Assembly: GCA_937872095.1 (NCBI GenBank) | Contig: CALMNW010000014.1 | Span: 112,799 to 176,798, forward strand | Direction: 5' to 3' | Source: an uncultured Verrucomicrobiota bacterium | GTDB lineage: Bacteria; Verrucomicrobiota; Kiritimatiellia; CAIQIC01; Lenti-01 | DNA length: 64,000 nt | Part shown: in pieces, positions 36,046-45,114 of the stretch | Position numbering within the stretch: the stretch's first letter is position 1 | Layout of the letters: each line of letters opens with the position of its first letter | Translations under genes and position numbers: made by a program | The notes under the pieces: generated by a model | Databases searched by the model: none | What the model saw: only the letters and a program-made list of their open reading frames with translations | Told to the model about the DNA's origin: nothing

Positions 36046-37811
36046 GGGTTGATTTCCGCCGACCAGATCCGCTGGTCTGAAAATTCGGCGTCCAGAGACA
36101 GGTCGTTCGTCGTTTGTATCCCGAGACGGCCCAGATGAATCCACATGGCTTCCGCAAACCGCGGGTTGGGATTCGAGGTTTCCAGAACGAAGATGCGCCG
36201 AGGACCCTGGCCCCGCCAACTCCAATTCAAATCATCGGCTCCGCAGCGATGCGCGTAATACTGGTGGACGATCTGGGCATTGTCCAAGAGGATTTCATCG
36301 CGGGGCGAAGCGTGATCGGCCAAATATCGCGCGACTTGCGGAGTGTCGGGAAAGCTGTATCCGCCCGTGGAATCCATCGTCTGGCGGGGATTGGCGCGCA
36401 CCAGGTTGCAAGCTCCGGCGCCGACCAAGATCCATGCCGCCAGCCAGACAAGCGGACGGGCTCGCCGCGGCCCCGTTGCGCGGACAACCGCGTGGGCGAA
36501 CCCCGCGGAGATCGCGCCGCAGAGAACGATCGACAAATACATCCACATCGGAGTCACCCCCCACAGCGGATATCTCCGGTTCAGCATCAAGGAAACGAGG
36601 CAAATGCCCGCCAGCAATATGGGCAAGGGCACTTTTGTATTTTCGATTTTTTTCCAGAAAGCAAGATAGTACCCGGCCGACAGCGCCAGCACCGCGACCG
36701 CGGCGCCTGGCAAGTAGAGCGAATTATAGCGTCCGTAGGCCCAGAGCTGCTCGGGGAGTTCCCGAATAAACGACGCCCACGCCAAGGGCCGCACCCATTC
36801 GTTGGCCAGCAGCCATTTCGGTCCCAAGATCAACAGCATCGGGGCGTAACCGATCGCGGCAATTCCAAATCCGGCGAGCACGGACCCGATGAAAAGATAC
36901 AGATGAACTGGATTCAGCCGTCCGTGTCGGTGAAGCGCGCAGGCGTAGAAGGACGCCCAAACCAGTCCGGAAGCGACGAAAAGAACGGCCACCGGCACCG
37001 CCACGAGCCCCAGGCCGATGGCCCCTGCATTCGCGATGGCCGCCAGCCCAGATCCCCGGCGCAACAGGAAATAGGTGGATAGCTGAGACGTCAGGCCGCA
37101 ACAGGCGACCATGGTGTAGCCGCGAGCATTCGTGGACATGTCCACGAACGGCAGGCTGACGCACAGCCACGCCAACGCAAGGATCGCCGCCTCGCGGGAA
37201 TACGTCAGGCGCGCATAGACGTAGGTCAACGGCAAACACAACAGCCCAGCCAACAGGGCCGGCAAGCGAACCACCCATTCCCGATCGCCGCCCAACAACA
37301 TGCTGATCCGCACGAGCAACGTGTTCAGAAGGTGGTTGTTGGGCATGGTATAGTTGGCGAGACCGATGTACCAAGGCGAACTGGCATACAACGTGACGGT
37401 CGTGGCCTCGTCAAACCTCATCGGCTGGTTGACGTACCAAAGGCGCAGGCCGACGCCGATCGACAGCAAAACGACGATCCCCGCATATTCGAGCGGCGTG
37501 GTTTGGCACAGTTTGGCTTGCAGGCCGTTGGCGACGTCGCTCCATTCATGGCGGATCCGCCGATAGAACCAAAGCATCCACCGGTGCAGGCCGCGCCCCC
37601 AGCATGCGACTCCGAGCAAGATGGCGCTCAGCGATCCGCCCACGACGATCAAGACCTTGCGAAAAACGGGGACGAACGAATCGCTGATCGCCCCCCGCGG
37701 AGAAAGGGCGCCGCCGATCACCTGCACCCAGCGGTCCGGAAATGCCGCGACGCCGAAACCCGCGCCGGCGAGCAACAGGAACGCCAACGCAATTTTCAGG
37801 GCATTTCGCAT
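36042..37811 (-). CDS. GT-C fold membrane glycosyltransferase (ArnT/PMT_2-like)
   Basis: More than 10 TM helices; conserved first-loop acidic motif NQPMRFDEATTV (DE motif of ArnT/PMT families). Track start trimmed to ATG 37811 (MRNALKIALAFLLLAG). Confidence 0.7.
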   Translation of the reverse strand: MRNALKIALAFLLLAGAGFGVAAFPDRWVQVIGGALSPRGAISDSFVPVFRKVLIVVGGSLSAILLGVACWGRGLHRWMLWFYRRIRHEWSDVANGLQAKLCQTTPLEYAGIVVLLSIGVGLRLWYVNQPMRFDEATTVTLYASSPWYIGLANYTMPNNHLLNTLLVRISMLLGGDREWVVRLPALLAGLLCLPLTYVYARLTYSREAAILALAWLCVSLPFVDMSTNARGYTMVACCGLTSQLSTYFLLRRGSGLAAIANAGAIGLGLVAVPVAVLFVASGLVWASFYACALHRHGRLNPVHLYLFIGSVLAGFGIAAIGYAPMLLILGPKWLLANEWVRPLAWASFIRELPEQLWAYGRYNSLYLPGAAVAVLALSAGYYLAFWKKIENTKVPLPILLAGICLVSLMLNRRYPLWGVTPMWMYLSIVLCGAISAGFAHAVVRATGPRRARPLVWLAAWILVGAGACNLVRANPRQTMDSTGGYSFPDTPQVARYLADHASPRDEILLDNAQIVHQYYAHRCGADDLNWSWRGQGPRRIFVLETSNPNPRFAEAMWIHLGRLGIQTTNDLSLDAEFSDQRIWSAEINP

Positions 37812-37917
37812 CGGCCGCCCTTTGTCACGTCGGATCGGTCTCGGAGGTCTGGCCAAATTGGTCGGTCCGCAAGCAAGGTGGCCACTCAAAAGCAGGTGGA
37901 TTCCGCGGAAAACGACG

Positions 37918-38700
37918 TCATCCCGCCCAAGGGGCCTGGCCCGATTCGTAGATTTTCTCGAGGTTTTCGCGGTCGCGCAGGGTGTCCATGCAACCCCAGA
38001 AACCCTCGTGGCGGAAGGCGAACAACTGGCCGTCCGCCGCGAGCTGCGTCAGCGGCCGGGATTCCAAGCTCAGGTTTTCGTCCGCCGGCAAGCGCGCGAT
38101 GAAATCCTTTTGGAAGAAGAAGAACCCGCCGTTGATGTAGTCGTTGTGGAGTTTTTCCTTCTCGCGGAAGGCGACGACCTGACCATCCGGCCCCAGTTCC
38201 ATCATGCCGAACCGGGACGGCGGATGGACCGCGGTCATGGTGCCGATCTTGCCGTGCGCGCGGTGGAAGGCCAGTTCCGCGTCCAAATCGACGTCGCTCA
38301 AGCCGTCCCCGTAGGTCAGGCCGAACGTCGGCGCGTCGACGTATTTCGCCGCGCGCAGGATGCGGGTGGCGGTCAGGCTGTGTTCGCCGGTTTCCGCCAG
38401 CACGATGTCCCATTCGCCGGCCGGGCCGGTTTCGTATTCCACCTTGCCGCCGGCATGTAGACGAACGGACGACGTGCGCTCGCGCACGTTCAGGAAGTAC
38501 TCCTTGATGATTTCGCCCTTGTAGCCGAGGCAGACGATGAACTTCCGGAACCCGAAGCGACTGTAATATTGCATCAGGTGCAGGAGGATCGGCTTGCCGC
38601 CGATGGCGACCATCGGCTTCGGGACCTCGCGGGTTTCCTCCATGAGGCGCGTGCCGCGGCCGCCGGCCAGGATCATGATCGGAACGTCTTTGTTCTGCAT
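37918..38700 (-). CDS. rfbF: Glucose-1-phosphate cytidylyltransferase
   Basis: PIMILAGGRGTRL plus C-terminal GFWGCMDTLRDRENLEKIYESGQAPW characteristic of RfbF. Track start trimmed to ATG 38700 (MQNKDVP) with an AGGAGA RBS. Confidence 0.9.
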   Translation of the reverse strand: MQNKDVPIMILAGGRGTRLMEETREVPKPMVAIGGKPILLHLMQYYSRFGFRKFIVCLGYKGEIIKEYFLNVRERTSSVRLHAGGKVEYETGPAGEWDIVLAETGEHSLTATRILRAAKYVDAPTFGLTYGDGLSDVDLDAELAFHRAHGKIGTMTAVHPPSRFGMMELGPDGQVVAFREKEKLHNDYINGGFFFFQKDFIARLPADENLSLESRPLTQLAADGQLFAFRHEGFWGCMDTLRDRENLEKIYESGQAPWAG

Positions 38701-38713
38701 GGTCGGATCTCCT

Positions 38714-39805
38714 TCAGATTCCCGTTTCGTACGCCTCGATTTCGGCGTCCAGGAAGCGCCGCACGGCCTCGGCCTCCTTCGCCTCCAGCATCGCCCGATA
38801 CCCCTCGGCGGTGCGCCGCACGGCCGTTTCGAAACCCCACTTCGGCCGCCACCCGAGGCGCGCGGCGGCCTTGTCGATGGCCAATTGAAGCAGATGCGCC
38901 TCGTGGGGATTCGCGGGATTGGGTTCGGCCTCCCAGGCCGCGCCGGCGCCCCACGCTCGGCAGAAGAGATCCGCCAGATCGCCCACGGTGCGCGCGTCGG
39001 CGGAAGCGGGTCCGAAGTTCCAGCTCTCCGCGACGGCCCCACCCTGCTCCAGCAGGGCCTGGCCCAGCCGCAGATAACCGCCCAGCGGTTCCAGCACGTG
39101 CTGCCACGGACGAACCGCGCGGGGATTGCGCACGGACAACTTCTTCCCCGCGCGAAAAGCCCGCACGGCGTCCGGCACGATGCGATCCGCCGCCCAATCG
39201 CCCGGACCGATCACGTTGCCCGCGCGCGCGGTGGCCAAATGGATTTTCCCGCCGGCCGCGAAAAACGCGGCGCGGTAGGACGCCGCGACGAGTTCCTCGC
39301 AGCCTTTCGAGGCGCTATAGGGATCGTGGCCGCCCATGGGGTCCTCCTCCCGATAAGCGTAGTCCTCTTCGCGGTTTTCGTAGCATTTGTCGCTGGTCAC
39401 CACGACGACGGCACAAGGCTGGCCGGCCCGACGCACGGCATCGAGCACGTTCGCCGCCCCGCGCACGTTCACGTCGAAGGTCTCGACGGGATCCACATAG
39501 GATCGGCGCACCAGGGCCTGCGCCGCCAGATGGAAGACGACTTGCGGCGCGAAATCGCGCGCCAGGGTCGCCATCCGTTCCGCATCCCGGATCTCCACCG
39601 TCTCGTGGCGGAAAAGCTGTTCCAGTTTGGCGCGGACAAAAGGCCCCTCCTCGCTTTCCGGCTCCAACCCGATGCCGAGCACGTCTGCGCCCAACCGGCG
39701 CAGCCAGAACGCCAGCCACGACCCCTTGAACCCCGTGTCGCCCGTCAGCCAAACCCGTTTGCCGCGAAAGGCGGCGCCGAAATTGAGTTGGTGCTCTTCT
39801 CTCAT
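38714..39805 (-). CDS. rfbG: CDP-glucose 4,6-dehydratase
   Basis: FRGKRVWLTGDTGFKGSWLAFWL N-terminus and YSASK catalytic motif, matching RfbG/DdhB. Confidence 0.9.
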   Translation of the reverse strand: MREEHQLNFGAAFRGKRVWLTGDTGFKGSWLAFWLRRLGADVLGIGLEPESEEGPFVRAKLEQLFRHETVEIRDAERMATLARDFAPQVVFHLAAQALVRRSYVDPVETFDVNVRGAANVLDAVRRAGQPCAVVVVTSDKCYENREEDYAYREEDPMGGHDPYSASKGCEELVAASYRAAFFAAGGKIHLATARAGNVIGPGDWAADRIVPDAVRAFRAGKKLSVRNPRAVRPWQHVLEPLGGYLRLGQALLEQGGAVAESWNFGPASADARTVGDLADLFCRAWGAGAAWEAEPNPANPHEAHLLQLAIDKAAARLGWRPKWGFETAVRRTAEGYRAMLEAKEAEAVRRFLDAEIEAYETGI

Positions 39806-39837
39806 CGTGCTAGCATCATACCGTAATTTTTCGGATT

Positions 39838-40782
39838 ATGAAGAAAATCCTGATGATCTTGACCAGCCATCGGCTGGACTGCTTCAAACTGTGCATGGAC
39901 ATGCTGATCCATGGAGGCTCCATCCGGCGTTTCGATCGGGTGGTTCTGCTGTTGAACGGCGTGAAGGGCCGGCATCTTCGCTACGTTCGGCGGCTCATGG
40001 CCGCTCATCCCGACCTTCCCTGGGACGCGATTTCCGGCCCCCGGGGCCGCGGCTGGCTCATTTCCAACCTCCAAAACGATTGCGTCCGGCGCTATCCCGA
40101 TTCCCTCTATTTCAAGATCGATGAAGACACGTTTGTTTCCGCCGATTGGGATCGGATCCTGGCAGAAGCGTACGACGCGCACCGCGATCGGCCCGACCTC
40201 TCCCTGGTCACGGCCACCATTCCCAACAACGGCCTGGGGTGCTGGCAACTGCTGAATCTGTTTCCCGAAATCCGCGCCGCTTTTCATAAGCTCCCCCTCG
40301 CCGCCCCGCACACGTCCGCCGCCGACGGGCCGGTCTGGTACTATCCCCATCTCGCCGAATGGATGATCCGGCAATTCCTGAATCTGGACGACGCCAACCG
40401 CCGGGTCCGCAACCAGACCGGCGAGAAATGGGTTCCCTACCACGCCCGCTTCAGCATCAACTGCATTTGTTACGATTACCGCCATTGGCAGGAAATCGGC
40501 GGCGTGCAGGAGCAGGACGAGGTGGGCTGGGGCAAATGGATCGCCGAAAACCGAAAGTTGGTCGTCCTCGCCACGCATGCGGTGGTCCACCACTACACGT
40601 TTTTCAACCAACAGGATTGGCTGGACCGTTCCCCCCTGCTGGAAGACATCCGCGCCGCCAACGTTCCGACCACGGCATGGGAGCGCTCGTCCATGGGCCG
40701 CGCCCTGCCCCGCGCCAATCGCATCCTCCGCCAACTCCCCTCCGTTATCCGGCGCCGCCTGGCCCATGCGCCGCCCGGCTAG
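39838..40782 (+). CDS. Hypothetical protein, possible glycosyltransferase-like
   Basis: 314-aa ORF starting MKKILMILTSHRLDC; divergent from rfbG with only 32 bp between starts. No family assigned. Confidence 0.5.
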   Translation: MKKILMILTSHRLDCFKLCMDMLIHGGSIRRFDRVVLLLNGVKGRHLRYVRRLMAAHPDLPWDAISGPRGRGWLISNLQNDCVRRYPDSLYFKIDEDTFVSADWDRILAEAYDAHRDRPDLSLVTATIPNNGLGCWQLLNLFPEIRAAFHKLPLAAPHTSAADGPVWYYPHLAEWMIRQFLNLDDANRRVRNQTGEKWVPYHARFSINCICYDYRHWQEIGGVQEQDEVGWGKWIAENRKLVVLATHAVVHHYTFFNQQDWLDRSPLLEDIRAANVPTTAWERSSMGRALPRANRILRQLPSVIRRRLAHAPPG

Positions 40783-40793
40783 ACCCGCCGGGG

Positions 40794-41720
40794 TCACCCC
40801 CGCTCGAGCAAATGGGCATCGATCCAATTTAGGATCTCGGGGTTCGTCGTCTCGTCGAACTTCCGCGCCATGAGATATTCGGTCTCTTGCAGCACGTTCC
40901 GATCATCCATCGTCAGCACCGCGGGCCGAATCGGCTTGGTCCAGTCGCAATATTGCAGGTGGGTGCCGGTCACTTTGGAACGCCAGGTGCTTGACGATCC
41001 AATGATGGACTGCACGAAATACTCGTCCAGAACGAACGTGTATTTATGGTGCCGAAAAACCTCCGGATGTTGCCGGTGGAACCGCAACACGTATTCCGCC
41101 GCCTGCGGCGTCATGCTCCAGAACGCATGCCCGAAATAATCGGTTATGCAAGACGGCCCTTTGCGCGGCAACGGGAATTTCCATTTCAAGATCGCGTTCA
41201 ACGCCCTGGATTTCAACGTGTTCCCCGAATCGTCGCCGGGATATTCGCGCCAGCCTTTGTCGAAGGGCAGCCACCGCGGGGTGTGCCAGTGGTATTTATC
41301 GATCCGGAACCGGCCGCCATCGGGCCAGGACGCGACGGGAGGAGGGATGCATTCCATCACGCACCGGTCGCCCAGGGCCTCGAAATACGCGACGATCTGC
41401 CGGACGGGCTTGATGGGATAGCACTGTCCGCTGATTTGATAGATGTGGTCCGGCACTTCGTCCATCTGCAGGGCGAATTCCAAGGCGCTCAAGCTGGAAA
41501 GCACGAGGCCGGGACCGCACCAGGTGCCGTCCTGCCGCGGGACGATCCAATAGTAGGGAACGTCCGAAGGCAATTTGGCCAGTTCGCGCTTGAAGGCACG
41601 GAAATCGGAGTTTCGATCGATGGTCAGCAAAAAGCAGCTTTCCTTCGTCGCCAGCCGCGACATCAACCGCCGCACCTGGGCCGGATTCTTATGCGCCTTC
41701 AACAGATAGGCCAGTTTCAT
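40794..41720 (-). CDS. GT14-family (core-2/I-branching-type) beta-1,6-N-acetylglucosaminyltransferase-like protein
   Basis: MKLAYLLKAHKNPAQVRRLMSRL N-terminus and overall Branch-domain layout typical of bacterial GT14 members. Confidence 0.7.
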   Translation of the reverse strand: MKLAYLLKAHKNPAQVRRLMSRLATKESCFLLTIDRNSDFRAFKRELAKLPSDVPYYWIVPRQDGTWCGPGLVLSSLSALEFALQMDEVPDHIYQISGQCYPIKPVRQIVAYFEALGDRCVMECIPPPVASWPDGGRFRIDKYHWHTPRWLPFDKGWREYPGDDSGNTLKSRALNAILKWKFPLPRKGPSCITDYFGHAFWSMTPQAAEYVLRFHRQHPEVFRHHKYTFVLDEYFVQSIIGSSSTWRSKVTGTHLQYCDWTKPIRPAVLTMDDRNVLQETEYLMARKFDETTNPEILNWIDAHLLERG

Positions 41721-41747
41721 TTGTCTCCGCAGCGATCCGGCATCGGT

Positions 41748-42893
41748 TTAGCCGCAAACAACATCCTGTTTCAGCACTTCGAATTTCTCCAGCGCCGTGC
41801 TGACGGTGTTTTCCATGTCGAGATAGGCGTAGGCGCCGAGGCGGCCGCCGAAAACCACGTGGGGGACCTGTTCGGATTCGGCCTTGTACTTCGCCCGGAT
41901 GGCCAAGTCCGCGTCGTTGCGCACCGGATAATACACGTCGTCGCCGGGACGGGGCGCATAGGAGTATTCCCGGAAGACCACGGTCCGTTCGAACGTCCGC
42001 TCGGGCGTGAAATGCTTGAATTCGTGCGTCCGCGTGTACGGCACGTCCCCGTCGCACTCGTTCATCACGGACGTGCCCTGGAAATCCGCCACGCCCGGCA
42101 GCAATTTTTCGAACCGGACCGAACGCCAGCCCAAGCGACCGTGCCGATAGTCGAAAAACTGGTCGATCGGCCCCGAGTAAACCAGTAAGTCGTGGGCCGG
42201 CAGCGCGCCCCGAACGTCGAAATAGTCCGTGTTCAGGCGGATTTCGATATTGGGATGCCGCAGCATGTTCCAAAACAAGGCGCCGTAGCCAGCGACGGGA
42301 ATGCCTTGCCAGCGATCGTTGTAATAGCCCACGCCGTAGGTGTAGCGCACCGGCAGCCGAGTGATGATGTAGGCGGGGAGTTCCGTCGCCTTCACGCCCC
42401 AGTGCTTTTCCGTGTATTCCTTTACAAACGCCTCGTAGAGCGGACGTCCGACCAAAGAAAGGGCCTTTTCCTCGAGATTGCGGGGCTTGTCGATCCCCTC
42501 TTTCGCGACTTCCGCCGCGACCCAGACTTGCGCCTCGGCCGGCGACAACCGGCGGCCCAGAAGCAGGTTGATGGCGGCCAAGCCGAACGGCAGAGGATAG
42601 ACCTTGCCCTTGCGCGTGGCCCAAACCGTATGCCGATAATCGTTGAACGACGTGAATCGGTTCAGGTATTTCCAGCCTTGTTCGTGCGAAGTGTGGAAGA
42701 TATGCGGACCGTAGGTGTGCACTTCCACGCCGGTGTCGGGATCCGGGCAGGACCAACAGTTTCCGCCCACGTGGCTTCGTTTTTCCAGCAGCAAGACTCG
42801 CCAACCCAACTCGTTGGCAAATCGCTCCGCCATCACCGAGCCATAAAAGCCGGCCCCCACGATGACCACGGTCTTGGTTCCCTTGTTTTCCAT
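41748..42893 (-). CDS. glf: UDP-galactopyranose mutase
   Basis: VVIVGAGFYGSVMA FAD motif, YGPHIFHT, GRLGAYAYLDMENTV. Start at ATG 42893 (MENKGTK). Confidence 0.93.
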   Translation of the reverse strand: MENKGTKTVVIVGAGFYGSVMAERFANELGWRVLLLEKRSHVGGNCWSCPDPDTGVEVHTYGPHIFHTSHEQGWKYLNRFTSFNDYRHTVWATRKGKVYPLPFGLAAINLLLGRRLSPAEAQVWVAAEVAKEGIDKPRNLEEKALSLVGRPLYEAFVKEYTEKHWGVKATELPAYIITRLPVRYTYGVGYYNDRWQGIPVAGYGALFWNMLRHPNIEIRLNTDYFDVRGALPAHDLLVYSGPIDQFFDYRHGRLGWRSVRFEKLLPGVADFQGTSVMNECDGDVPYTRTHEFKHFTPERTFERTVVFREYSYAPRPGDDVYYPVRNDADLAIRAKYKAESEQVPHVVFGGRLGAYAYLDMENTVSTALEKFEVLKQDVVCG

Positions 42894-43033
42894 GTGAAAT
42901 TCCAAATTGCTTGCCCATCATAGACGAAATAGACCTCCATGCAAGCCCGGGAGCGGCCCTTAGATCGCCTGGCGGCAGCCGGTTTTCCCCGCTTGCCGGG
43001 GGCGCAGGGCTTCGCTACTCTGGGCAGGCAAGC

Positions 43034-45055
43034 ATGAGTGCCGCTTCCATCCGAATCCAGCGCTTCGCCGTATGTTGGGCGCTGATGGGCCTCGGGGCGC
43101 CGGCCTTGCTGCGCGCCCAAGCCCCGACTCCGGGATCGAACGAGGCGGCGCCGATGGGCGCCACGGTCCAGGGTCAAGGCGCGGCGCGCCACGTGGTTTT
43201 TCGCACCTGGGCTCCGAACGCTTCCCGAGTGGCCGTGAGCGGCGATTTCAACGGCTGGAAAGAAGAGCCCATGCAGAAAGAGGCAAGTCGCCCCGGCCAT
43301 TGGGTGCTCGACAGCCGCCAGGCCCGTCCGGGCGACGCCTATCAGTTCGCGATCGACGGGTTGCGACGGCGCGATCCGCGCGCGCGCGCCGTGGACATGG
43401 GCGCCAACAAATCCTTTATTCTGGATCCTCGGACCTATGCGTGGGGTCCGGCGGACGGCTGGAAGATGCCGGCGAAGGAAGACCTGGTGATGTACGAAAT
43501 GCATCTGGGCACCTTTGCAAGCGGCATTCCGGGCAACGGGCCGCTGTTCGAGCGGGCGACCAAGCGCCTGCCCTATTTGAAGGCGCTCGGCATCAACTGC
43601 ATCCAGCTCATGCCCGTAAACGAGTTTCCCGGGGAACGATCATGGGGCTACAATCCCGGCGATCTTTTCGCCGTCGAATCTTCCTATGGCGGCGGCGACG
43701 CCTTCCGGTATTTCATCCGCGCCTGCCACACCAACGGCATCGCCGTGGTGCTGGACATCGTCCACAACCACTATGGACCGAGCGACATCGCCGTCTGGCA
43801 GTACGACCAGCGCCTGCCGGAAACCGATGGCGGCATCTATTTCTATCCCGACGAAGACCGCCGCCTCACCGAATGGGGCCCCCGGCCCGATTACGGCAAA
43901 CCGGAAGTCCGGGCGTTCATCGTGGATGCCGTCAAAACGTTCCTGACGGAATACCGGCTGGACGGGTTCCGGTGGGATTCCGTCCACAATATCCGCTACT
44001 ACCTCAACGGCGAGCGCTCCAATCCCGACGGCGACCGCACGCTGGCCGAAGCCAACGACTGGATGCGCAAGAATCGGCCCGACGCGCTGCGCATCGCCGA
44101 AGACCATGCGTTCGACGGCGGCGGAGTCGGATTCGACGCGCAGTGGAATTCCGCTTTCCAGGCGACGCTGTCCGCCTTGGTCCGCGGCGGCGACGCCCAG
44201 CGGAATCTGGAGCTGTTCGCGGCCGAACTGGAGCATCTCGACGGCATGAATTGGGTGAACTTCGCCGAATGCCACGATTCCGCCGGCGATCTCAACCAGC
44301 ACCACCGCCTGCCCGCCTATATCGACCCTGCCACGCCCGACAGCCTGAGGGCCCGGGCGTTGGCGCTGCTGGCCAACGGCATTGCCCTGACCGTTCCGGG
44401 CTATCCCATGATGCTGCAGGGATTCGAAATGCACGAAGTGGAAGATTTCAGCGACAACCGGCCGTTGCCTTGGGCCCGTGCGCAAAGCACCCACTCGGGG
44501 CTGGTGCGCGCCAACGCCGAACTGATCCGCCTGCGCCGCGATATGAAAGGAACCACGCCGGGATTGAAGGGCCCCGAGCTGGACGTGCTCCATTGCGACA
44601 ACGACGCCCAAGTCATCGCCTACAGCCGCCAGCAGGCCGGAGCGCCTCGAGACCGCGCCACGATGGTGGTGATCAATCTGTCCGGCGCGCCCCTGAAGCA
44701 ATATGGCGTACGTTTTCCGGCTTCCGGCGCGTGGTACTGCCACTACAATTCCGGGTCGGCGGCCTATGCGAAGGATTTCGACAACGTCGGGCCCAAGCCC
44801 GGCGTCGGGTTCGTCTTGCCGCCGGGGCAAACCACCCTGCCGCTCGACGTCAGCCGCTATTCGATGCTGGTTTTCTCCAAAACGGCGCCGCCTCAGGTCA
44901 CCTCCCTGACCAAGGCGGCCCCCGCCAAAGAAATTCCCGCGACCGCCAAGACCGAGATTTCCCCGTCTATCCGCAAAATCGAGGATTACGTCGAGGAAGT
45001 TCTGGAGCCCTTCCCCTATCTGCCCGTCCCGTTGCCGGCCGAGTGGAAGCCCTGA
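43034..45055 (+). CDS. Secreted GH13 alpha-amylase-family enzyme with N-terminal CBM48 (TreZ/branching-enzyme-like)
   Basis: Signal peptide (MSAASIRIQRFAVCWALMGLGAPALLRAQA). CBM48 (VFRTWAPNASRVAVSGDFNGW). GH13 regions I DIVHNHYGP, II GFRWDSV, III IAEDHAF, IV FAECHDS. Track start trimmed to ATG 43034. Confidence 0.88.
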   Translation: MSAASIRIQRFAVCWALMGLGAPALLRAQAPTPGSNEAAPMGATVQGQGAARHVVFRTWAPNASRVAVSGDFNGWKEEPMQKEASRPGHWVLDSRQARPGDAYQFAIDGLRRRDPRARAVDMGANKSFILDPRTYAWGPADGWKMPAKEDLVMYEMHLGTFASGIPGNGPLFERATKRLPYLKALGINCIQLMPVNEFPGERSWGYNPGDLFAVESSYGGGDAFRYFIRACHTNGIAVVLDIVHNHYGPSDIAVWQYDQRLPETDGGIYFYPDEDRRLTEWGPRPDYGKPEVRAFIVDAVKTFLTEYRLDGFRWDSVHNIRYYLNGERSNPDGDRTLAEANDWMRKNRPDALRIAEDHAFDGGGVGFDAQWNSAFQATLSALVRGGDAQRNLELFAAELEHLDGMNWVNFAECHDSAGDLNQHHRLPAYIDPATPDSLRARALALLANGIALTVPGYPMMLQGFEMHEVEDFSDNRPLPWARAQSTHSGLVRANAELIRLRRDMKGTTPGLKGPELDVLHCDNDAQVIAYSRQQAGAPRDRATMVVINLSGAPLKQYGVRFPASGAWYCHYNSGSAAYAKDFDNVGPKPGVGFVLPPGQTTLPLDVSRYSMLVFSKTAPPQVTSLTKAAPAKEIPATAKTEISPSIRKIEDYVEEVLEPFPYLPVPLPAEWKP

Positions 45056-45114
45056 CCGGGAATTCAAGCGATATTTCCTTTGCAAAAACGGTTTACGCCC
45101 AGTAAGCTGGAGAC

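Noticed and set aside
33739-36138. 799-aa plus-strand ORF and other antisense ORFs over the GT4/FAD/SDR genes
   Set aside because: Extremely Arg/Pro-rich (RRPRRSANSAGFPRLSPRTPG...); implausible protein. The opposite strand encodes three motif-supported genes with ATGA/GTGA coupling.
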